Shown: positions 17,106 to 23,655 of the stretch, piece by piece
Position numbering within the stretch: position 1 is the first letter of the stretch
Layout: every line of letters begins with the position of its first letter
Origin: Minisyncoccota bacterium
Lineage (GTDB): Bacteria; Patescibacteriota; Minisyncoccia; Minisyncoccales; Minisyncoccaceae
DNA: 23,655 bases
Direction of reading: 5' to 3'
Assembly: GCA_041649895.1 (NCBI GenBank)
Contig: JBAZMG010000006.1
Span: forward strand, 1 to 23,655
Translations under genes and position numbers: made by a program
The notes under the pieces: model-generated
Told to the model about the DNA's origin: nothing
Databases searched by the model: none
The model's input: only the letters and a program-made list of their open reading frames with translations

Positions 17106-17810
17106 ATGATCTTTAATTTAATTGCGATCGCTTTAATTTCTTACATTCTGGGATCAATTCCTTTTTCTCTGGTTTTTGTCAAATTGTTTACGAAAAAAAA
17201 CCTGCACGAACTGGGATCAAAAAACGCAGGAGCATTAAATACCCTGAGGATCGTTGCCAAAGAAAAAGGGAAGGTTTGGGGCGTCTTATCTTTTCTTTTG
17301 GTCGGAATTCTGGACGCAAGCAAGGGTGTTTTCGCCGTCTTAATCGCCAAAAGTTATTTTTTCCCGATTCTTTTGCAAACATCAGCGGAAATAACAATGC
17401 CCTGGCCGACCATTGTCGCCATTATCGCGTTCTTTGCCGTACTCGGACACAATTATTCCATTTTCTTAAAATTCAAGGGTGGAAGAGGGGCTGCCACCTT
17501 ATTTGGTATTCTTTTGTATTTAAACGTTACGGCAGCTCTCGGTATTCTCGGCTTTGTTCTTTTGTTTATTTTTTTAGGAGAACTGCTGGCCGGACACAAA
17601 TTAAACAAAAAATTCGTAAGCGCCGCGATATCAAACCAGATCATTGGCCGGCTTTTGGGAGAAATTGTCGGGCTGTTCTGGATGTACACTATTGATCCTA
17701 TGGTGTTTTATATCGCCGCTTTGCCGATTGTATTAATTGTTTTCGCGCACAAAGACAGGCTTGACGAACAAATTAAAAAGATCAAAGATAAAACCTATCT
17801 AAAAGATTAA
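17106..17810 (+). CDS. PlsY-like acyltransferase family protein (paralog 2)
   Basis: LGSIPFSLVFVK, GSKNAGALNTLRI, GHNYSIFLKFKGGRGAAT. Confidence 0.8.
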   Translation: MIFNLIAIALISYILGSIPFSLVFVKLFTKKNLHELGSKNAGALNTLRIVAKEKGKVWGVLSFLLVGILDASKGVFAVLIAKSYFFPILLQTSAEITMPWPTIVAIIAFFAVLGHNYSIFLKFKGGRGAATLFGILLYLNVTAALGILGFVLLFIFLGELLAGHKLNKKFVSAAISNQIIGRLLGEIVGLFWMYTIDPMVFYIAALPIVLIVFAHKDRLDEQIKKIKDKTYLKD

Positions 17811-17814
17811 ACAA

Positions 17815-18483
17815 ATGCAAACATATATTTTGTATCTATTGTTGCTTATAGTCTCTTATTTGGCCGGATCTATTCCTTTCAGTTATATTATTACCCGTCT
17901 CTCCACGCATAAAAATATTTTGGAGATCGGATGGAAAAAAAGCTCGGGGTCCAATGTTTTAAAAAACGTGGGCAAATGGCAGGGAGTACTTGTTTTTCTT
18001 TTGGATGTGGCCAAAGGATTTTTTGTCATCTGGCTCGCGAGAGAACTCGGCACGCCAGCATACTTTCAATCGTTGTGCGGAGTCGCCGCGGTAGTGGGAC
18101 ACAATTGGTCTATATTTTTAAAGGGGAGCGGGGGCAGAGGATTAGCCGCTCTGGTCGGAGCCTTGCTTGCTTTCTCTCCTTTGTTTCTCGCGATAATCTT
18201 ACTCCCGACAATTCTTTTAACTTTTCTTTGGACCGCCTCGATCGGCACACTTTTATCTCTCGCGTTCGGAATCGCGATTGGATTCGGCTGTGTTTATTGC
18301 AAGCCAATGGGCCTTATGCTACTTATATCCTTGACCCCGATATTTATAAAACGCTTAAGCCCGATAAAAGAGATCCCCGGAGCAAAGAACAAAGCGGAAC
18401 TGATCAAAAATCGTTTGCTTTTTGACCAAGACACTGTTCCGCCTTTACGAATAACAAAGTATTTTAATAAGAAAAAGGCTTAA
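17815..18483 (+). CDS. PlsY-like acyltransferase family protein (paralog 3, divergent)
   Basis: AGSIPFSYIITR, GWKKSSGSNVLKNVGKWQG, GHNWSIFLKGSGGRGLA. Confidence 0.72.
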   Translation: MQTYILYLLLLIVSYLAGSIPFSYIITRLSTHKNILEIGWKKSSGSNVLKNVGKWQGVLVFLLDVAKGFFVIWLARELGTPAYFQSLCGVAAVVGHNWSIFLKGSGGRGLAALVGALLAFSPLFLAIILLPTILLTFLWTASIGTLLSLAFGIAIGFGCVYCKPMGLMLLISLTPIFIKRLSPIKEIPGAKNKAELIKNRLLFDQDTVPPLRITKYFNKKKA

Positions 18484-18571
18484 AATATAAAACGTTTTGC
18501 AAACATTTATTTAGACTGTATTATTAGGACGCTTCTCGCAAGAAAATTTTCACCAGAAAATTTGCTGAGCG

Positions 18572-18700
18572 CTTAATTATTTATTTTAAAATAATTAAGG
18601 GCGGAGGGCCGACGGGCCCGAGCCTGTCCTGAGCGCAAATTCAACTGAATTTGACGCGAAGGAGTGCAGACGCCGGCGACGGCCGGCGGATGACACGTCG
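18572..18700 (+). repeat. GC-rich structured element E4
   Basis: CTTAATTATTT/AAATAATTAAG 11-bp arm, GGGCGGAGGGCCGACGG, CGAGCC, hairpin CAAATTC-AACT-GAATTTG. Confidence 0.65.
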
Positions 18701-18744
18701 AACGAATAATGCAGTCTAAAAGCTAAATGTTTGCATTGAGATTA

Positions 18745-18816
18745 GCCCCCGTAGCTCAACGGATAGAGTACTAGTCTTCGGAACTAGTGGTGCGGGTTCG
18801 AATCCTGCCGGGGGCA
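18745..18816 (+). tRNA. tRNA-Arg (anticodon TCG)
   Basis: Acceptor GCCCCCG/CGGGGGC, anticodon stem CTAGT/ACTAG loop CTTCGGA, T arm GCGGG-TTCGAAT-CCTGC; no encoded CCA. Confidence 0.9.
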
Positions 18817-18841
18817 CAGCAAATTTTGCTGACGCAAAATA

Positions 18842-18942
18842 TTGCAGTAATTAGTAGTTTGTAGTTTGTAATTAGGGTAAGGAAATTATTAGGATAACAA
18901 AATTTGCTCCCAAAGTACCAACTACTCACACAAAGTACAAAA
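18842..18942. repeat. AT-rich ~101-bp repeat, copy A
   Basis: TTGCAGTAATTAGTAGTTTGTAGTTTGTAATTAGGGTAAGGAAATTATTAGGATA...CTCCCAAAGTACCAACTACTCACACAAAGTACAAAA. Confidence 0.85.
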
Positions 18943-18945
18943 GCG

Positions 18946-19066
18946 TTGCAGTAATTAGTAGTTTGTAGTTTGTAATTAGGGTAAGGAAATTATTAGGATA
19001 TTTTAAAGTAAAATTTATTCCCAATCCGCCAGCTGGCGGAACAAATTACTCACACAAAGTACAAAA
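18946..19066. repeat. AT-rich repeat, copy B, with embedded palindrome TCCGCCAGCTGGCGGA (19025-19040)
   Basis: 5' half near-identical to copy A; 3' end ACAAATTACTCACACAAAGTACAAAA. Confidence 0.85.
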
Positions 19067-19072
19067 ATTTTT

Positions 19073-19427
19073 ATGTTTGATTTTGAAAAATTAGACGTCT
19101 ATAAAAAAGCAAAACAACTAAATAAAAATGTTTTGCGTTTCCTGAAAAAACAACAAACAAATAGATACATATCTTAGAGACCAGCTAAAAAGAGCTTCCA
19201 TTAGTATTGTCATAAACATAGCGGAGGGGAGTGGGAAATTTTCAAAACCGGACAAAAAGAACTTTTACACAACTGCCCGCGGGTCCACGTATGAGTGTGT
19301 TTCTCTGCTTGAAATTATATGCGAAGAAGGCTATATTTCCAAAGAAATCTTTGATATTTTTTACAAAAACTTCGAAATTATCTCAAAAATGCTATTAGGA
19401 CTAATAAATAGCCAAAACAAGGCTTAG
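19073..19427 (+). pseudogene. four-helix bundle protein (S23 / 23S rRNA intervening-sequence protein family), frameshifted
   Basis: MFDFEKLDVYKKAKQLNKNVLRFL... in one frame, then YLRDQLKRASISIVINIAEGSGKFSKPDKKNFYTTARGSTYECVSLLEI...in another frame to TAG at 19427. Confidence 0.8.
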
Positions 19428-19486
19428 TTGCTTGATTTTTTAAATAAAACAGGCTATACTCAAAAAAAAGATTCGGCTAAAAAAAT

Positions 19487-19987
19487 ATGATTTTAAGCTT
19501 AAAAATCAAACATTTTACTACTTTTACTGCAATTCTTTTTTTGTTTTTGTCAATAATTGTGCCTATTACAACAGCTATGGCGGATGATCCCGCCGCGGAA
19601 GAAGGGTTGCAAGTATGCAATTATGGCGAATGTAAATCCATTGTTTGCTGCGGAAACGGGGATCCGATATTAAACGGACAACCAAACCCAGCTTACAAAC
19701 CCTGCACGTTCAACGATATTTTCTGCACAATTAACCGAATCGTACATTTTATACTTTTTGAAATAGTCCCGGCATTAGCGCTTATCTGGTTTGCCATCGC
19801 CGGATTTACAATAATTACCGCGGCGGGCGATCCGGGCAAAGTCACCCAAGGGAGACAAATGATTACTTACGCAGTTATCGGACTGCTTGTTGTTTTTACC
19901 GCGTGGATACTTGTTTACGAATTTGTCGGATTTATCGGAGGAGCGGACCAAAAAGAATGGTTATTGCAATTTTTTAAAAAACCGTAA
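19487..19987 (+). CDS. TrbC/VirB2-like pilin family membrane protein
   Basis: Signal peptide, Cys-rich segment, then FEIVPALALIWFAIAGFTIITAAGDPGKVTQGRQMITYAVIGLLVVFTAWILVYEFVGFIG. Confidence 0.7.
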   Translation: MILSLKIKHFTTFTAILFLFLSIIVPITTAMADDPAAEEGLQVCNYGECKSIVCCGNGDPILNGQPNPAYKPCTFNDIFCTINRIVHFILFEIVPALALIWFAIAGFTIITAAGDPGKVTQGRQMITYAVIGLLVVFTAWILVYEFVGFIGGADQKEWLLQFFKKP

Positions 19988-20003
19988 TGAGCCTTATACA
20001 AAA

Positions 20004-20076
20004 GCCCCGTTAGCTCAGTTGGTAGAGCAGGAAGCTCTTAACTTCAAGGTCGTGGGTTCGAATCCCTCACGGGGCA
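20004..20076 (+). tRNA. tRNA-Lys (anticodon CTT)
   Basis: Acceptor GCCCCGT/ACGGGGC, anticodon loop CTCTTAA, T arm GTGGG-TTCGAAT-CCCTC (one T:T mismatch); no encoded CCA. Confidence 0.85.
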
Positions 20077-20104
20077 CAGCAAATTTTGCCCCCGAGGCAA
20101 AATC

Positions 20105-20205
20105 TTGCAGTAGTTTGTAATTTGTAGTTTGTAGTTTGGGTAAGGAAATTATCAGGATATATAAAATTTGCTCCCAAAGTACAAATTACACACACAAAGT
20201 ACAAA
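20105..20205. repeat. AT-rich ~101-bp repeat, copy C
   Basis: TTGCAGTAGTTTGTAATTTGTAGTTTGTAGTTTGGGTAAGGAAATTATCAGGATA...CTCCCAAAGTACAAATTACACACACAAAGTACAAA. Confidence 0.85.
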
Positions 20206-20296
20206 GGATTCGAAGGCGTAGCCACGACGGTGGCGAGCCGGGCCCTGAGAATTTTTCAGCAGAAAAATATCGAAGGGCGAATCCCTCACGGGGCAC
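20206..20296 (+). repeat. GC-rich structured element E5 ending in a copy of the tRNA-Lys 3' end (20278-20296)
   Basis: GGATTCG (20206-20212), core AAGGCGTAG...GAGCCGGGCCCTGAG, hairpin ATTTTTC-AGCA-GAAAAAT, then CGAATCCCTCACGGGGCAC identical to 20059-20077. Confidence 0.85.
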
Positions 20297-20512
20297 CACT
20301 TCGCTCCGACCAATCGGAGCTACGCGGTGCAAGCACAGCCCAGCTTAAAGTTGAATTGACGTTTTAGAAAAGCGAAGTGGTCCCGCGAAGCCTTGGCGAA
20401 GTAGGGGCGAAGTGGGACAGCACCCTTACATACAAAAACTTAATAATGAACAGACACCCATCTCGGTATAAAACCTGGGATGAGGCGCATAACAAATGTA
20501 ATAATTAAAAAT

Positions 20513-20779
20513 ATGTTATCAGCAGAAGAAAAGACAGCTATCATAGCAAAGTACAAGATACACGAAAAAGATACCGGATCGGCCGAAGTGCAAATTGCCT
20601 TGCTCTCCGAAGAGATTGAACAACTTTTGGAGCACCTGAAGACACACAAAAAAGACTTGCACTCCAAAAAGGGACTTTTGAAAATGGTTTCAAAAAGAAG
20701 AAAGCTTTTGAAATACTTACAGAAGACCGACGAAAAAAAATATAAAGACATCACTAAAAAAATCGGCCTTAAATCATAA
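20513..20779 (+). CDS. rpsO: 30S ribosomal protein S15
   Basis: KIHEKDTGSAEVQIALLSEEIEQLLEHLKTHKKDLHSKKGLLKMVSKRRKLLKYLQKTD; start chosen at MLSAEEK rather than the upstream ATG at 20480. Confidence 0.95.
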   Translation: MLSAEEKTAIIAKYKIHEKDTGSAEVQIALLSEEIEQLLEHLKTHKKDLHSKKGLLKMVSKRRKLLKYLQKTDEKKYKDITKKIGLKS

Positions 20780-20797
20780 GGCCGCTTAACTTATAAT

Positions 20798-22912
20798 ATG
20801 GAAACCGAATCATTTGAACTGGATCTGAACGGAAAAACACTAACCGTGGAATTTAACGGCTTGGCCGAAAGAGCCAACGGCTCTGTTTTTGTTAAATACG
20901 GCGACACTGCCGTAATGGCAAACTGCGTCATCGCGAAAAAAGAAATCGAAGGAGCTGATTTTTTCCCTCTAATGGTGTTATACGAAGAAAAATATTACGC
21001 TGTCGGAAAAATATTGGGGTCCCGCTTTATGAAGAGGGAAGGGAGGCCGTCGGAACAATCGGTTCTTACGTCCCGCTTGATCGACCGCGCCATCCGTCCG
21101 CTTTTCCCCTCAAACCTGCATCACGAGGTTCAAGTGGTTATCACTTGCCTTGCCTGGGATCAGGAATCTGATCCGGCCGCGCTAAGCTTGCTTGCCGCCT
21201 CAATAGCGTTGTACTGCTCCGACATTCCTTGGAACGGACCGGTGGCCGCGATAAGGATCGGTGAAAAAGACGGACAAATAATTCCGTTCCCGACAGTAAA
21301 AGAAAGAGAAGAAGGCTCTGTTGATCTTATCGTCTCCGCTTTAAAATCAGAATCGGGAAAAGAAATGCTAATTAATATGATCGAGGCCGGATTAAAAGAA
21401 GCTCCGGAAGAAATAATCCTGAAAGCCATCAATGACACAAAAAATTTACAGCGCGAGCTCATCGACTTCCAGGAAAAAATACGAGCAAAGATCGGAAAAG
21501 AAAAGATGAAAATAAAAGAACACCCGAAAAACGAAGAATTGGAAAAAGAAGTAAAAATATTTTTGGGCGACAAACTGAAAAAAGCGTTATTTGAATCAAA
21601 AGAAGAGGTAGAGATTTTGAAAGACCAATTGGCCGAACATTTGCGCGGAGTAAACGAAGACCCGGAGCAGCTGAGGCAAGGTTTGAACTTTTTTGAGATA
21701 GAAGCCGAAAGGTTAATTCACGAAGGAGCCTTGCGCGAAGGCTTGCGCGCCGACAAACGAAAAATTACTGAGTTGAGATGCATCGGCTGCAACGTGGGAT
21801 TGTTTAAAAGAACTCACGGTTCGGGATTATTTACCCGCGGACAAACAAAAGTTTTGTCTATGCTCACTTTGGGCTCTCCCGGCGACCAAAAAATATTCGA
21901 GGAAATGGAATTGCAAGGAAAGAAAAGATTTATGCACCACTACAACTTTCCTCCCTACAGCGTGGGGGAGACCGGCCCGATGCGCGGACCGGGCAGAAGA
22001 GAGATCGGACATGGTATGCTTGGAGAAAAAGCCTTGCGCCCGATGATACCCTCGGCGGAAGATTTTCCATACACCATCAGGATCGTTTCCGAGGTTTTAT
22101 GCTCCAACGGTTCAAGCTCAATGGCCTCAACCTGCGCCGCTTGCTTGGCGCTGATGGACGCGGGTGTGCCGATCAAAAGGCCTGTTTCAGGAATCGCGAT
22201 GGGGTTAATGATGGAAATTAACAATGAAAAAAGCACGGAAGAAAAAGGATACGCGATCTTGACCGATGTTCAGGGCGAAGAAGACCACTATGGCGATATG
22301 GATTTCAAGGTCGCGGGAACCGATCAAGGTATCACCGCCTTACAAATGGACTTGAAGGTCAGGGGCATCACGGACAAAATAATCAGTGAGGCACTCAAAC
22401 AATCAAAGCCGGCCAGAATGGAAATATTAAAAGAAATGAAAGCCATCCTTCCCGAGCCGAGAAAAGAATTGTCGCCTTACGCCCCGAGAATTTACATTAT
22501 AAAGATCGATCCGGAAAAGATCGGCGAAGTCATCGGCACGGGCGGAAAAATAATCAATGAGATAATTGATGAATGCCACGTCACGATCGATATCGAAGAC
22601 TCGGGCGAAGTTTTTGTGACAGCCGAAAGTGAAGAAGCGGCGCAAAAAGCGATCGAATGGATCAAAAATATCATCAAAGAAGTGGAAGTGGGGGAGACCT
22701 ACGAGGGTGTCGTGAAAAGAATTATGGATTTCGGCGCTTTTGTGGAAATACTTCCGGGACAAGAAGGACTCGTTCACATCTCACAGCTGGACAACAAGCG
22801 TGTTGAAAAAGTTACCGACGTGGTAAAGCTCGGACAAGTCATTCCCGTAAAAGTAATCTCTATTGACGAACAAGGTAGAATTAATCTATCATTAAAGGAA
22901 GCAAGGAAATAA
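20798..22912 (+). CDS. pnp: polyribonucleotide nucleotidyltransferase (PNPase)
   Basis: Two RNase PH domains, KH (IIKIDPEKIGEVIGTGGKIINEI) and S1 (GETYEGVVKRIMDFGAFVEILPGQEGLVHISQL) domains; sits next to rpsO. Confidence 0.97.
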   Translation: METESFELDLNGKTLTVEFNGLAERANGSVFVKYGDTAVMANCVIAKKEIEGADFFPLMVLYEEKYYAVGKILGSRFMKREGRPSEQSVLTSRLIDRAIRPLFPSNLHHEVQVVITCLAWDQESDPAALSLLAASIALYCSDIPWNGPVAAIRIGEKDGQIIPFPTVKEREEGSVDLIVSALKSESGKEMLINMIEAGLKEAPEEIILKAINDTKNLQRELIDFQEKIRAKIGKEKMKIKEHPKNEELEKEVKIFLGDKLKKALFESKEEVEILKDQLAEHLRGVNEDPEQLRQGLNFFEIEAERLIHEGALREGLRADKRKITELRCIGCNVGLFKRTHGSGLFTRGQTKVLSMLTLGSPGDQKIFEEMELQGKKRFMHHYNFPPYSVGETGPMRGPGRREIGHGMLGEKALRPMIPSAEDFPYTIRIVSEVLCSNGSSSMASTCAACLALMDAGVPIKRPVSGIAMGLMMEINNEKSTEEKGYAILTDVQGEEDHYGDMDFKVAGTDQGITALQMDLKVRGITDKIISEALKQSKPARMEILKEMKAILPEPRKELSPYAPRIYIIKIDPEKIGEVIGTGGKIINEIIDECHVTIDIEDSGEVFVTAESEEAAQKAIEWIKNIIKEVEVGETYEGVVKRIMDFGAFVEILPGQEGLVHISQLDNKRVEKVTDVVKLGQVIPVKVISIDEQGRINLSLKEARK

Positions 22913-22941
22913 AATTTTAAAAATATTTTGAAATTTTCCCT

Positions 22942-23655
22942 ATGGCGGAAAATACTTTAAACATAATTGCCGACAAAATAAGGACGATGAAAAAAGACCT
23001 CGCTTCCCCCGATGTCGGCACTGGCAATGAACCGAAAGAACCCACGCTTGTTCTGCCAAACAAAAAAGATTTTAAAAACATCGGCACTTACAGCAAGGCC
23101 GTGGTGATGCCCCAAAAGATCGGGGAAGTATTCAGCTCAAATAATCCGCCCTCGACCGCGACAACAATGAACCCGCCCGTTTCCGTTAAACCGACCGCGG
23201 AAGAAAAGAAAACGGAAGAAAAACCGCAACCAATCTCGCAAAAACCAAAGGAAGAAAAAAAAGTTGTTCCGTCTTTTGGTTTTAAAGAAGACAAACTGCC
23301 GATAGCAAAAAAAGAGCCCGAGAAAAGCAACGCGTTATTCCAAAAAGAAAAGACTGTCTTTATACCGGAAAACGAACAAAACGCGGACCTGAACATCAGC
23401 TATGGAATGGAAGGAAAAGATTTAGGTACGCCCTACAGAGCGCCAACCCCGGTTCCCGAGCCTCCAATGGCGCCACCAACCTTAAGATTACCGGAAATTG
23501 AACCCGTGCCCGCGCCGCAACCCCTGGAAGAATTGCGAATAGAAGAGCCGGAGGCTGATTTCGCGAATCAGGGAATAGAAAGCCGAAAATTCGAAGAAGA
23601 AGAACAGGAGATCATAATGCCCGGACCGATGCCTTCGAAATTTGAAGAGGAACGA
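22942..23655 (+). CDS. hypothetical protein, Pro/Glu/Lys-rich and probably disordered N-terminal region, truncated by window end
   Basis: Open frame from ATG at 22942 to the window edge: MAENTLNIIADKIRTMKKDLASPDVGTGNEPKEPTLVLPNKKDFK...; not in the supplied track because no stop is reached. Confidence 0.6.
   Translation, partial: MAENTLNIIADKIRTMKKDLASPDVGTGNEPKEPTLVLPNKKDFKNIGTYSKAVVMPQKIGEVFSSNNPPSTATTMNPPVSVKPTAEEKKTEEKPQPISQKPKEEKKVVPSFGFKEDKLPIAKKEPEKSNALFQKEKTVFIPENEQNADLNISYGMEGKDLGTPYRAPTPVPEPPMAPPTLRLPEIEPVPAPQPLEELRIEEPEADFANQGIESRKFEEEEQEIIMPGPMPSKFEEER

Noticed and set aside
19073-19427. DGR accessory protein Avd
   Set aside because: Four-helix-bundle fold family is related, but there is no RT nearby and the motif IAEGSG fits the general S23 family better.
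20136-20348. Short ORF between tRNA-Lys and rpsO
   Set aside because: Lies over repeat C, element E5 and a copied tRNA tail; peptide is Arg/Ser rich with no family resemblance.

Overview
Window from a probable Candidate Phyla Radiation (Patescibacteria/Parcubacteria-like) chromosome. This lineage call is inference from gene content. All supportable genes are on the + strand. Left part: tRNA-Pro(CGG), a tandem repeat carrying copies of the tRNA-Pro 3' end, tRNA-Val(CAC), terminators, then a ~1.3 kb AT-rich non-coding region with four parS-like sites and about 18 copies of a TGTCCRCA-type motif (candidate origin/partition region), then yraN and plsY. Centre (3321-11816): nine tandem, mosaic genes encoding prepilin-like proteins with a type IV pilin N-terminus and a LamG-like body. 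They are joined alternately by perfect palindromes or by 14-nt start/stop overlaps, and are translationally coupled to a CDP-archaeol-synthase-like gene. Next comes a mechanosensitive-channel TM-helix protein, then a lipid-related cluster: a DAK2 (FakA-like) + DegV (FakB-like) fusion, two stand-alone DegV/FakB-like proteins and two divergent PlsY-like proteins. Right part: tRNA-Arg(TCG), AT-rich repeats, a frameshifted four-helix-bundle (S23) gene, a TrbC/VirB2-like pilin, tRNA-Lys(CTT), rpsO, pnp and a truncated disordered protein. Leading candidates for something undescribed: (1) the mosaic LamG-pilin array; (2) a family of GC-rich structured elements that carry, beside two different tRNAs, a matching inverted arm and a copy of that tRNA's 3' end; (3) the candidate oriC/parS region; (4) the Fak/PlsY/CarS-like lipid locus.
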